A stretch of DNA of 63,337 nucleotides, filler included, from Octopus bimaculoides (taxonomy: Eukaryota): the NCBI RefSeq assembly GCF_001194135.2. It is 8 parts of 8 records of this genome, joined end to end, with 100 filler letters (N's around TTAATTAATTAA, not from the genome) between each part and the next. Parts side by side here need not be neighbours in the genome. Positions count along the whole stretch, not along the records: positions 31,843 to 51,419 come from NC_069006.1; 7 more parts are not named here. One strand, given 5' to 3'. Made by a program: the position numbers and the translations under genes. The notes under the pieces were generated by a model. That model had not been told where the DNA came from. It worked only from the letters and a program-made list of their open reading frames with translations, and searched no databases. Numbering within the stretch: position 1 is the first letter of the stretch; each line of letters opens with the position of its first letter. This document shows positions 37,385-49,842 of the stretch, piece after piece.

Positions 37385-37832
37385 TCAACAAAACAGTATG
37401 CACACAAAATTAATGTGAAAGTGGCTGAGCACTCCACAGACTCACTCTGAGAGAGATTCAGCACAATCCAGTGTGTGAAAGGCCTCAAAAGGATGAAAGG
37501 TAAAGTAGACCTCGGCTGAATTTGAACTCAGAATGTAGCGACGGGCGAAATACTGCTAAGCATTTCGTCTGGCATGCTAACGACTCTGCCAGCTTGCTGG
37601 CTTAATAATGATAATAATAATGGTTTCAAATTCTGCCACAAGGGCAGCAGTCTTGAGGGGTGGGGATAGTTGATCACATCGACCCCAGTACTTCCCTGGT
37701 GGTACTTAATTTTTCAGCCCTGAATGGATGAAAGGCAAAATCGACCGTGGCGGAATTTGAACTCAGAATAGGAAAGATGGTCGAAATACCAATAAGCACT
37801 CTGCCCGGGATGCTAACGCTTCTGCCAGCCTG
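37385..37832 (-). mobile_element. SINE cluster: fragment of another family plus two tandem family B copies
   Basis: gtggctgagcactccacagac; gaatttgaactcagaat..gctaacgactctgccagct occurs twice. Confidence 0.8.
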
Positions 37833-38454
37833 CTGTGTGTGTCTGTGTGTCTACTGGGTATATCTAATCTACACTGGATGTGTTAAATAGACACACACGA
37901 CTTTCACCAGCAACGATAAAGACGAAGATGGGAAATGGAAGATATTGGGAGAGATAAGTAGGGGGGAGAGGGGTGGGGGGCAGAGTCAAGAAGAGATTAA
38001 GAGAAAGATTGCNNNNNNNNNNNNNNNNNNNNNNNNNNNNNNNNNNNNNNNNNNNNNNNNNNNNNNNNNNNNNNNNNTAAAAAAAAAAAATAAAAGCTAA
38101 ACCCAACATTTTAAATAATGAAGAGAAGAAGAGAGATAAGATGATGATGATGATGATGATGATGAAAGGAGAACAACAACGACAGCAACATCATCACAGA
38201 AGCAAAGATATCTTAGAGCAAGGATTATGGCAGATTATCACCAAAGACTGGGTATTTGCATTACAGCCTTAATTACATCTCTTAAATACCTCAACAGTTT
38301 TACCTTTCGTTACAAATATGGAACGAATGGGAGAAGTTCAAGAAACATTTCATGGAAGTGCTTTGGCATTACTGTCTTTTTTTCCCCCTTTTTTAATTAC
38401 AAAGAAGCATCAAACCAACGATGGAGATTCTGCATTGGCAAGCTTTAACTGATT

Positions 38455-38912
38455 CCATCATCATCATCATCATCATCATTTAATGTCTGCTTTCCATGCT
38501 GGCATGAGTCGGACAATCTGACAGAAACTGGTCAGGACGGGAGCTGCAGGATCCATTGTGTGCTTTTGGTAGGTTTTCTATGGCCAAATGCCCTTCTTAA
38601 TGTTAACCACTTTACAAAGTGAACTGGGTGCCTTTTACGGGGCTTACTTCCAAAACCAGATACATGCACCGAAATGACTTTTGAGTAATTGTTTAAAACA
38701 ATGACCTGAATCATCACCATCACCATCATCATCATCGTTTAACGTCCGTCTCCCATGCGGGTATGGGTGGGACGGTACCACAAAAGCCAACCAGGCTGGA
38801 GACTGCACCGGACTTCTGTGTCTGTTTTGGCAGGGTTTTTACAGCTGGATGCCCTTCCTAACACCAATCACTCAGCAGAGTGGACTTGGTGCCTTTTACG
38901 TGGCACAAGCAC
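38455..38912 (-). mobile_element. Two family D SINE/LINE-tail copies with (CAT)n ends
   Basis: catcatcatttaatgtctgctttccatgctggcatg and catcatcgtttaacgtccgtctcccatgcgggtatggg..ggatgcccttcctaac. Confidence 0.8.
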
Positions 38913-40007
38913 AATATCTGATTTTGATTAGAAGACTAAGATTCGTCTGCTGTCTTATATATGGCACCTATCCCAGTTTGACTGAAGAAAAATTTCACAT
39001 GTGTGAAGCCAGCAACTTCTAGATTGTGTTTTAATGGTTATCATGGAATCGACTATCTTATGCACTTACACCGGTTTTAAAAGTCGGCTCCTCATATACG
39101 GTGTCACAGACATTAGAAGACATCAGTAGCTTTCTTTAAGAGAAAGTCCCAGGTTAGTGTGGTGGATAAAGTAGAATAGTTGATGATGATAGTGAGGATG
39201 GTGGCGGTGGTGGTGATTGCAGCAATGGCGATGGTGGTGGAGACGGCGCAAGTGTGGTGGTGGTGGTGGTGGCGGCAGTGCTGATGCAAGACTTCAGTGA
39301 GAGCTCTACAATCATCTTTATTATATACCATTGTTTTATATATATATATATAGAAAGAGAGAGAGAGAGAGGGAGAAAATAGGGTGTATGGATGGATGGG
39401 TGGAGGTATGATTGATGGTAATTTCACGCTGACCCTTCTGACCCCTACCCCCCATCCCTAAAAATATGCATAATAGATTAACGCCTGGGATGACAGGGCA
39501 AAGCTACCGAAATTACTGTCAGATGACGGTGAAAATGGCCAATTAAATTAACCTGCCCTATAATTTCTCTCCCCTGGCAGCAAAAACAGTTCTTTAAGCG
39601 GGAAGAAGGGGGGTGAACTGTACGGAGGTGGGAGGTATGTCGAGAGAGAGGGGGGAGGGGGAGAGATAAAAGGGAATGAAGCAAGTGAGAGAAAATTAAG
39701 AAGGAGCTGAAAAATAAAGAAGAAAATATCAGAGTAGAGAGAGAGAGAGAGAGAGAGACTGTGTGTGTGTGATTGAGAGAGGGGAGAGGGGGATAGAAAA
39801 AGGGAGAGAAGGAGGTGAGATAAAATTAGAAAGGAGCTTAAAGAAAAAAGAACAAAAAGATCAGAGAGAGGGTGAGAGAGAAAGAGAGATGTTGTGATGT
39901 GATCAATGTGTATCCAGTAGCAGCAGGGTCAGAGAGATATTGAGGAGGGGGTAACAGACCCCCCCCTCCCCGGAAGGAAAAGTCAGCAATAAATACTCAG
40001 AACACAG

Positions 40008-40530
40008 CTGCGGGCATGGCTGTGTGGTAAGAAGTCCGCTTCCCAGCCACATGGCTTTGGGTTCAGTCCCACTGCATGGTACCTTGCGAAAGTACCTTCT
40101 ACTATAGCTTCCGGCCAACCCAAAGCCTTGTCAGTAGATTTGGTAGATGGAAACTGAAAGAAGCCTGTCGTTTAGATCAGTGCTCCACAACCAGTGTACC
40201 ATGGCACACTGGTGTGTCATGGCACAATGCTAGGTGTGCTGCAGTGTAACCTGAATATAATTTCTACCTTATACTTTTAATTTATATTTTTAGTTCAGAC
40301 ATGCGGTCGAATTTTCAAAAACAATATAAGTGTACAAGTAAAAAAAAGCTTGTGGAGCACTGGTGTGTGTGTGTGTGTTGTGTTAGACAACCAGTATTAG
40401 TTTGTTCACATCGCCATAACTTAGTGGTTCAGCAAAAGAGACCGATAGACTTAAAATACAACTGAAACTTCTTCCAGGCGGTGCTCCAGCATGGCCGCAG
40501 TCCAACAAGTGAAACAAAGTAAAAAGGTAA
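40008..40530 (+). mobile_element. Near full-length SINE family A interrupted by a hAT MITE
   Basis: Head ggcatggctgtgtggtaagaagtccgcttcccagccacatgg..gggttcagtcccactg; tail ggcggtgctccagcatggccgcagtc..gaaacaaagtaaaa. Confidence 0.9.
40178..40362. mobile_element. 185-bp hAT (Charlie-like) MITE nested in the SINE
   Basis: Perfect 13-bp TIRs cagtgctccacaa (40178-40190) and ttgtggagcactg (40350-40362); left flank gtttagat resembles the Charlie nTCTAGAn target. Confidence 0.85.
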
Positions 40531-40729
40531 AAATAACATATCTAAGGGGAAACTTCTTTTCTCTCCAAGACAGAACAGAGACTGCTTTACATAGTCGTGT
40601 GCACTTCGGGGTATATAATGTTTAGTTATTCAAATAGAGATGGAAGAGAAAGTACCAACAGAAAAGACGTTTTGTGTTCATTATAAACAGGAAAGATCTC
40701 AAAATAAAACCTCATCATTAAAAGAAAAG

Positions 40730-41070
40730 GAAGGACACACTGCGTGATGTATTCTTAGATACATTGTGGTCGAAGATGAGAGGAAGTTAAGGCTAGAATG
40801 ATTTTGATCAATCAGAACTGGCCTCAAGTTAAACAGCAAGCAAACAAGAGAACTGGGTGATCAGCGTTGCTAGAAGTAGCAGCCAGATTCTACTTAAAAC
40901 AGACAGTCTTCTTCTAATAAATGAAGAACACACAAGATAACATACAGCTAGAAGATGGGTGATAAAGTGTTTAATATACTGCTAGAAGATGGGATGGTCA
41001 AAGACGAAATGACTTTATATATTAAGACTGCTTTTAATCAGAATTAATCGAGGGCTAAAAACAACAACAA
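40730..41070 (+). mobile_element. SINE family E with (CAA)n tail
   Basis: gctagaagtagcagccagatt..gatgggatggtcaaag..gagggctaaaaacaacaacaa. Confidence 0.6.
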
Positions 41071-42574
41071 GGAAAAAACGTATTAAGTTGAAAAGCATTT
41101 ATGGAGATCCAACTGCTTTGTTTTAATAAAACGGATTTAGTGAAAGATTGACAAAATATGAGCACTTGCAGCTGCTGGTGCTGTTAGCTGAGACAGTCAG
41201 AAGTGAGGCCGAGTTAAATTGAAACACCTCAGGTGCCGGTCTCTTTAGAAAAGAGAGAGAGACAAGGCAGGGAGAGAGAGGAGAGGCAGTGATTAAATTT
41301 TAATGTCGTCGTCGTCTCCTCTTCTCTCTCTCTGTGTCAGCCACAGTCCTGTAAGGGAGGCAACTCTAGATTCTTACTGCCTCAACTTTTTTAATTTATT
41401 TCAAAATTTAATTTTCTTGCTTTAAAATGTTTAATTGAAAAAGAAAAAAAACTTTTTTTTTTTCGGAGTTTCCCAAAATAAAACGCTTACATAAAGTAGA
41501 AAGGAACAACGGCAGTGTGGAGGAAGGCAGGCAGGCAGGAGGGGGTGGTGGGGATTAAATAAACATTTTATGGACTACAGAAAAAAGAAAAAACGAAAAC
41601 TACGATTCTTATTTATAATCCGTTGTTGTTGTTGTTGTTGAGCAAGATTAGTTGAGCCGATATTTGTGGTTAAATCTGGAGAATGTGTTCAAGAGATAAA
41701 GGAAATATATAGACTTGCTGGAGTTGTTTGTATGGCTGACAAAGTTGGAGAGGACGACGACGACGAGAAACCACCACCAACGCCATCGAACAGAATAAAT
41801 ATATATATAGTGAGAGAGAGAGAGAGAGAGAGATCCAAAGAAAAGCAGATAGAAATGACATTAGGACGTGGTTTGGCATCTTGTATTTATCAGAACTTGA
41901 TGGCGCTTTGACGGATATTTCTAGGGACGTCTATGAAAATACCTACAATTTGAACTACACACACACACACACACACACATATATACTTACACGTGTACAT
42001 CCATTCATTATATATATAAACACATGTTCCCACCCTTATATATATGTATATACACACACATGTACATACATGTTCTCATTCATATATATGTACACACCAC
42101 ACGTTCGCCGATCGCCGGCCATCCATGCCGTCTTCCTTTAAGAAAAAAAACAAAAACAACAGCAACAACAACATTAGATAACGTAACTAAATGCCTATTT
42201 ATTTACTGGCTCAGCTCTAAAACACTATTTGAATCTACACAATAAAGACACGAGGCTAAGCAGGAGAACGTACGTAGCGAAGAAGATGACGACGGAGACG
42301 ATGGCGATGAAACAAATAGATAAATAAATAAAAAATTAGTGTTATCACAACAGCAAAAATACCAGAGATGTTATAATAGGCATTAGCCTGTGTTATCTTT
42401 GCATCCACCGCCACCAGTACCGCCATCCACCCGGCCACCCCACCAGTTTATCTTAAGGAAAACACAAACAGCAGAAACAAAATTAGCTTTCCTCGGTGTC
42501 TAAACTGGCTTTCTATTATAGTCAGCTGTTATCTTAGGTTTGAGTTAAAAGTCTATCAGTTCTGTTTGCAAAAC

Positions 42575-42618
<44 letters not shown>

Positions 42619-45389
42619 GCATTGCACACAGCCAGAGAGAGAGAGAGAGAGAGAAAAAGAAAATGGAGACCAGATACTCAGGGTACTTATACACCACAAG
42701 CATTGAGAGGCAGCGGGGTACCTTAAAGAAAGAAAAACAGGGTAAGAAGCCCAATGCCTTGTTCTATTGGAGCTAACTAAGTGCTAATCCAGAAACTGGT
42801 ATCCAGAAATGTTCTTGAAACTGTACAAAAAGAACCCAGTTAATCAGACAATGCAAAGAAAATGGTATGGAATTCCAGAAATTGAAAGGATTCCGTGAAT
42901 AAACAAATCTTTGAGAGAGGAAAGAGATTCAATACAGCAACTTTTCGTCTGTTGTGTGATTCTACATGCTGAGAGGAAACAGATGATGGTATGTAGTGCA
43001 AAACGGCAGCAAAGCTACAAGACTGCTTGTTCTTAAAGAGCCTAATATCTCATCCAAGTCTTCCAATATAACTGAAGGTGGTTTTCCGTTCTTAGATGTC
43101 CAGAGTGAAGACTAGAGGCTACATAACTGCAGAGAACTAATCATGGCTTTGGGCAAAAACTTTACATTCTCTTCGTTGTTTAACATGTTTTTAACTACAA
43201 CTTAATCAGGGATGACTGGGACTAAACAACTCTTATACAAAACAGCCAAGAGTGGAACTCGTATATGGCCACATGAGATGCTAGAAATAGCAGACTCTGC
43301 CTATGAAACTCTACTCACAAGTGATCCCACGTTAACCTTCAGGCCTATGGAGGAAGACACATTGGTAATGTGCCACGGAATACGATCCATCCAGTTTGGG
43401 GAGCCCTGTGGTTGATATGCAATGTTAACCACACAGCTACGTCTGGCCCCGTCTCTCTTGCTTCTGACAGAGCAAGGAGCTGTCAGAATAAACGGCACAG
43501 TACTCTTACAATTAGTACCATTCTGTGAGACTTGGCAACTCTGCTACACTCCCTCCCTCCCTCCCTCTCAGCCCTCACAGCTGCAGGAAACTGTTCTGTC
43601 AACATCTGTTATGCCATTTAATTACTCTGGGAACTACTTTTATACACTCACACATACACACACACGTGTGCACGCAAACATATATTATACACACCACACA
43701 CACATACATAATTTATACACATGCATATATATTACATACACACACAGTTCCTTAGAAACCCAGGAAAAATTTCTAAGTACAAAACCATTACAATATATAT
43801 AAGAGTTTGATGCACACGTGTAGCTAGGCATACGTATACTATAAATACATCTACATCTACAAACACATGTGTTTATATACATCTACATATACACACACAG
43901 ATACATAAAACCAGATATGTATATGGGTGTATGTGTGTGTACACGAAGCAGACATTTGGTCATCCAGTGTGGTAAACAGATCTCGTTTTCTACACCGGAT
44001 TACAATATTTTGCGGGTATTTTGTTTAAAAAAAAAACATAAAATAATTAAAACTACCTCATGCCTAAATACTTCTCTCCCTGTATATATATACATATATA
44101 TATATATCTACAACAGAAACAACAACAGTAACAACAACAGCAACAGCAGAACTGAGGGTTTTAAAGTGGCATATGTAATGTAATTAATTATGGAAACGAA
44201 CCTTTATAAATTAAATTAGCAGACGATAAATGAAACGAGAGTCGGAACTCAAATGTGGGAATGTCGGCTTTTGCTTTTGTGAATGAAATGTAGGAGGCTG
44301 ATGGAATTNNNNNNNNNNNNNNNNNNNNNNNNNNNNNNNNNNNNNNNNNNNNNNNNNNNNNNNNNNNNNNNNNNNNNNNNNNNNNNNNNNNNNNNNNNNN
44401 NNNNNNNNNNNNNNNNNNNNNNNNNNNNNNNNNNNNNNNNNNNNNNNNNNNNNNNNNNNNNNNNNNNNNNNNNNNNNNNNNNNNNNNNNNNNNNNNNNNN
44501 NNNNNNNNNNNNNNNNNNNNNNNNNNNNNNNNNNNNNNNNNNNNNNNNNNNNNNNNNNNNNNNNNNNNNNNNNNNNNNNNNNNNNNNNNNNNNNNNNNNN
44601 NNNNNNNNNNNNNNNNNNNNNNNNNNNNNNNNNNNNNNNNNNNNNNNNNNNNNNNNNNNNNNNNNNNNNNNNNNNNNNNNNNNNNNNNNNNNNNNNNNNN
44701 NNNNNNNNNNNNNNNNNNNNNNNNNNNNNNNNNNNNNNNNNNNNNNNNNNNNNNNNNNNNNNNNNNNNNNNNNNNNNNNNNNNNNNNNNNNNNNNNNNNN
44801 NNNNNNNNNNNNNNNNNNNNNNNNNNNNNNNNNNNNNNNNNNNNNNNNNNNNNNNNNNNNNNNNNNNNNNNNNNNNNNNNNNNNNNNNNNNNNNNNNNNN
44901 NNNNNNNNNNNNNNNNNNNNNNNNNNNNNNNNNNNNNNNNNNNNNNNNNNNNNNNNNNNNNNNNNNNNNNNNNNNNNNNNNNNNNNNNNNNNNNNNNNNN
45001 NNNNNNNNNNNNNNNNNNNNNNNNNNNNNNNNNNNNNNNNNNNNNNNNNNNNNNNNNNNNNNNNNNNNNNNNNNNNNNNNNNNNNNNNNNNNNNNNNNNN
45101 NNNNNNNNNNNNNNNNNNNNNNNNNNNNNNNNNNNNNNNNNNNNNNNNNNNNNNNNNNNNNNNNNNNNNNNNNNNNNNNNNNNNNNNNNNNNNNNNNNNN
45201 NNNNNNNNNNNNNNNNNNNNNNNNNNNNNNNNNNNNNNNNNNNNNNNNNNNNNNNNNNCCTTTTACAAGCTTCACTGAATTTTCAATTTTTTCTCCTTAA
45301 TTCTAGCTACCGCCCCCCCTCTCCACTCACCATCCCACTGATTCTCTCCCTCCATCTCCCTCTTTTTCCTATGAGGTTACTACTGACTT

Positions 45390-45548
45390 GTATGAGCTTC
45401 CATACTTCACTCTTAATGACCATGGGATTGCACCTAGAAAATTCCCCTCCGAGGCACAAGTCTGGACAAGGTTGTTCATGGAAGACAACACAAAGCCCGG
45501 TCCAAGAATCTAACAATTGTGAACCAGATGCTCTTAACCACTGAGCCA
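45390..45548 (-). mobile_element. SINE family C, partial
   Basis: aatgaccatgggattgcacctagaaaattcccctccgaggcacaagtc..cttaaccactgagccat. Confidence 0.85.
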
Positions 45549-45896
45549 TACACACACTCAGCTACAGATGAAGTCACAAGGAAAAAAAAAACACAGCTAA
45601 ATGATGCAGTCACAGACAGATTCAAAAACACAAATACACACACACATATATACATACACACCCTTACATATACACAGGGCAATAGAAAGCCAGTTCATAT
45701 GTCTATATGCAGACATATAATGAGAACCCCCCACACACACACACAGCAATATAAAACAAGTCATGTCACACGTACACATGAGCAATGAGAACAACAAATA
45801 CGCACACACGCACACAGACACACATAGACACAACGGATACTGATTCTTTCCTAAACACATACAAGACAAGCCACATCCACTCTCACAAATAACAGT

Positions 45897-45942
<46 letters not shown>

Positions 45943-46329
45943 GCAGGCAGCCATGGAAAAGTGAACAGGAAGCTATCAATGTGAATAACTTCATTAGATA
46001 AAACAGCATTTAATAATAACAAGGCAGCCATTTGTATTGAGAGAGAGAGAGAGAGAGGATGATTAAAGGCGATAATGTCGCCAGCATCACCACCACCACC
46101 ACAGAACAATTAGCAGATTGTGGCGTCCATGGGAGCGCTTCGACTTGGACTGACCACACGAGGGACAATGGAACAACAAAACTCTAGCAATCACCATAGA
46201 GAATTGTTTTAACAAACAAGCAAGCAAGCAACTAGCAGCAGCCGTGCTACCTGGCCATTTGGTCTGGGAGACATAGCAAGGCAAAACTCCCTCCGAATTA
46301 CTCTAGACTCAAACAGAAAGAAAAGAAAG

Positions 46330-46640
46330 AAACCCTTTTGGTCATGAATGACCATGGGATTGCATCTAGAAAGTTCCTTTCCTAGGCAAAAGTCCGGGCA
46401 AGGTTGCTTATGGAAGACCAGTAGACGCCCTTGCATACCAGCCTCCCCTCCTCTCCACACCATCGATGTTATCCAAGGGAAAGGCAAAGGGGCCGATACA
46501 GCTTGGCACCAGAGACATCGCAACTCATTTCTACAACTGAGTGAACTGGAGCAATGTGAAAATAAAGTGTCTTGCTCAAGAACACAACACACAGCCTGGT
46601 CCAGGAATCAATTGCACTCTAACCACTGAGCCATGTGTTT
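46330..46640 (-). mobile_element. SINE family C, near full length
   Basis: gtcatgaatgaccatgggattgc..gagtgaactggagcaa.gtgaaataaagtgtcttgctcaagaacacaacacacagcc..ctaaccactgagccatg (tRNA-like head). Confidence 0.9.
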
Positions 46641-46829
46641 TCACTTCAAAGTACAATAAAGTACATGTTGGATTTTGGATTGGATTGGATTGTCCATGTT
46701 CAGTCCACTGCAGGACAAAGGCCTCAGCATCTTCTCTCGCCCAACCATGGTCTGATGTGGGCCATGAATTTGATCTTGAGATTTTATTCGTATAATGAGG
46801 CTCAACAGGGCTTGGCAGCTGGGTGTAGT

Positions 46830-47015
46830 TTTGTTTATACTCAAGAGTAGTTAAGTGGATTCCATCGACCCCAGTGCTCAACTGGTACTTATTTTATCAA
46901 CCGTGAAAGGATGACAGGCAAAATTGATTTTGGCGGAATTTGAACCCAGAACATAGAGACATACAAAATATCATGAAGCATTACACCTGGCTTGTTAACA
47001 ATTCTGCCAGCTCAC
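46830..47015 (-). mobile_element. SINE family B
   Basis: atcgaccccagtgctcaactggtacttatttt..ggaatttgaacccagaac..aattctgccagctcaccacc. Confidence 0.88.
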
Positions 47016-47624
47016 CACCCACCTAAAGGATATATAAACACAAGAAAATGGGATGGTCAAAGTTGGGATGTCTTTGAACATAATTCTACTGAATCAAAGA
47101 CCATCTGATTGGGAAGAAAGCTTCTTCTCCAAACCATATTTTCACAGGAAGCAGCTCAAGTTTGGCATTAGCACTATTAATAAAACAACAAACATGCACA
47201 CACACACGCACAAGGAAATTGTTGGCAGTGAATTTGTTGCTTCACCACAGACTGGCATTCTTGGACTGTCGGGGAAGCCATTCCACAGTAGAACTTCAAA
47301 ATAAATCGGTCGACCTTTCCTTTGTAAAAATAAATTTTATATTCTCCGCTTAAATTCTTTGAGTGATCCTTCAGTTAATGTTTCTATGGCTGACTGCACA
47401 CAACAAACATTATTTTTTTAAAAACCCACACTGTGTGTGTGTGTGTGTGTTTTATAGACATGTAAAGGAAGTGGGTATCTGATTTTTGTGCAGTCATACA
47501 ATACCTGTATGACCTTTGGATACATTTGAACGGCAGAACACAAGAATCCAGGAATAAATCAAAGTGGAGGCAGACATTTGACCGTGAATATTATTGTTGC
47601 TGTTGTTGTTGTTGTTGTTGTTAT

Positions 47625-47845
47625 TTAAGGCAATGAGCTGACAGAATTGTTAGCATCCTGGGCAAAATGTTCTGCACATTCTCATCCGTCTTTATGTTCT
47701 GAGTTCAAACCCCGCTGAGGTCGACTTTGCCTTTCATCCTTTCAGGATCGATAAAATAAGTACCAGTTGAAGACTGGGGTCAATGTAATCAATTCATCCC
47801 TACCGCCCCCACAAGCTGCCCTTGTGGCAAAATTTGAAACCATTA
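47625..47845 (+). mobile_element. SINE family B
   Basis: ggcaatgagctgacagaattgttagc..ctgagttcaaacccgctgaggtcgactttgcctttcatcc..gtaccagttgaagactggggtc. Confidence 0.9.
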
Positions 47846-48294
47846 TTATTATTGTTGTTGTAATGGCTTCTCTCTTCCTTTCTACTTCTCGCTCGATGCA
47901 CCTTCAATGAGCCACAGCAAAACTTGTGATTATTCAATAAATGGCACCGGAGAAATGGTAAACATAACATTTGAAGAAGCTGACAGAAGAAAGGTAGAAT
48001 TTTTTTTTCAAAGACAGCTATGAAGAGGCAGATTGGCCCCTCCCATTCCATGAAACGACACTGGCACATTAACCAAGTTAAAGACTTGTCAGTTATATAA
48101 CAGCAAAGGTGACTTATGTCTTTGAGAATTTCCTGGCAAAGTGAATTTATGGAAAATTCTAAGTTTTTTTTTCTTTTACTTCAAAAATTTTCCTCATTGA
48201 TTTCTTTTTTTTTTATTATTATTTCCTATTCTGTTTTGATTTTTCAATTCCACATATTCTTGCCATGTGACAGAGAAACCCCAGTGACACTTAC

Positions 48295-48345
48295 TCGGTG
48301 CCCTGAGAAACTGTCCATGTTGCCAAGCGCTGTGAGCGCCATGCT
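48295..48345 (-). CDS. Candidate 51-nt RERE exon (SMALTALGNMDSFSGHR, phase 0-0), cassette or alternative-start exon
   Basis: Acceptor tgtcttcctcttcacag, ctaac branch-like motif ~50 nt upstream, donor gtaagt; AGCATGG gives a strong Kozak context; joins in frame to the BAH exon at 35970. Assignment to RERE is inferred from strand, position and phase. Confidence 0.55.
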
Positions 48346-49076
48346 CTGTGAAGAGGAAGACAATCTTTTGTGACAGCAACGATGGAGAATGCGACGTTAG
48401 ATTATCTCAAAAATCTTTGAAGCTTCTCCACCAACTCCAAGAACAACAAACGGAAGAAGCAGACCAATAAATAAATAATAAAGCTTTCAGGAATTTACTA
48501 CTTTTTTTTTTTCTTTCTTCTCCCCGTTCTTCGATTCTTAAGCTAAGTAGAAAACCAGGAAATACACAGATAGCCGCCACTTTCTAACAAAAGTGAACGC
48601 CAACAGAACATTCTGCATCATTTCTAGAGATTTTCTTTGATTTTTGGTGAAATCATTTCATATTTTGTCTAGATATATATTTTCACACACACACACACAC
48701 ACACAAATCTGCTAATATAAACACATATATACTAACAGACATGCAAATTCAACACACACACACACATAGATGTTGGCAAACACATACCAACACACACACA
48801 CACATAGATGTTGGCAAACACATACCAACACACTAATACGTATATGCACACACACACACATATATATATATAATCTACCCTGTGTATGTGTGAGTATGTA
48901 GGCATGTGTATATGCATGTATGTATAAATGCAGGTACACACACAGCACACAATTAATTAAACACAACCAACAAGACATTACACAAAGATTTCCATAAGAA
49001 CCATATCCTCTATATATGCGACAGCCTCTATATACACACATATATACACACACACACGTGTATATATATATATATA

Positions 49077-49115
<39 letters not shown>

Positions 49116-49789
49116 CCAATAGTAAAGTTTAAAACCTTTTCCCCCTCAAGNNNNNNNNNNGAATTTATAATCAGATTTTTTCTTCTGCAGTTTTCACAAA
49201 ATAGAAATGGTAAAAAGATAAAAAAAAAAACAAAAAAAAGGCACACACACACATTCGCACACAAAAAAAACCCCCCAAAAAAAAGAGAAGGAAAGAAAAA
49301 GAAATTTATTATATTAGATGATTTCTGTGCAGCTCACAATGTTTTACTCTTTAGAAATGACGTTAATTTAGCAATGTGGCGAAGAAGAAGAAGAAGAAGA
49401 AGAAGAAGAAGAAGAAGAAGAAGAAGGGGGAGAAGAAGAAGGGAGACAGGTACGAAGAGATAAATAAAACCATTCTCTTCCGTACTACATCAGTAACAAA
49501 ATAGATTCTTGCAAGATTACAATTGAATAAAACACATCATTTTACAATAAGGAGGAGGAAATTGGAGAAGCAAAAGACATTTTTAGCAGTAAAAATACAA
49601 CATGGCTTGATGGAATTACAAGCATAAATGTCTCTCTCCCTCCCCCCTCTCTCTCTCTGCTTTTGCTTTGATATAACCCGAGGAAACACATTCAGATATA
49701 TTCAAAAGATGATGTATGGCAAAGCACAGAATCTGCTTGTGTTGTTGTTGTTGTCGTCATAATAATCACTGCCACAGTGGTCGTTGTTG

Positions 49790-49842
<53 letters not shown>

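Noticed and set aside
48295-48345. Reading the 51-nt exon as the start of an Irx or Pax gene (G.MDS..G.R similarity)
   Set aside because: No homeobox or paired-box exon was found downstream, and the next recognisable in-frame exon is RERE.
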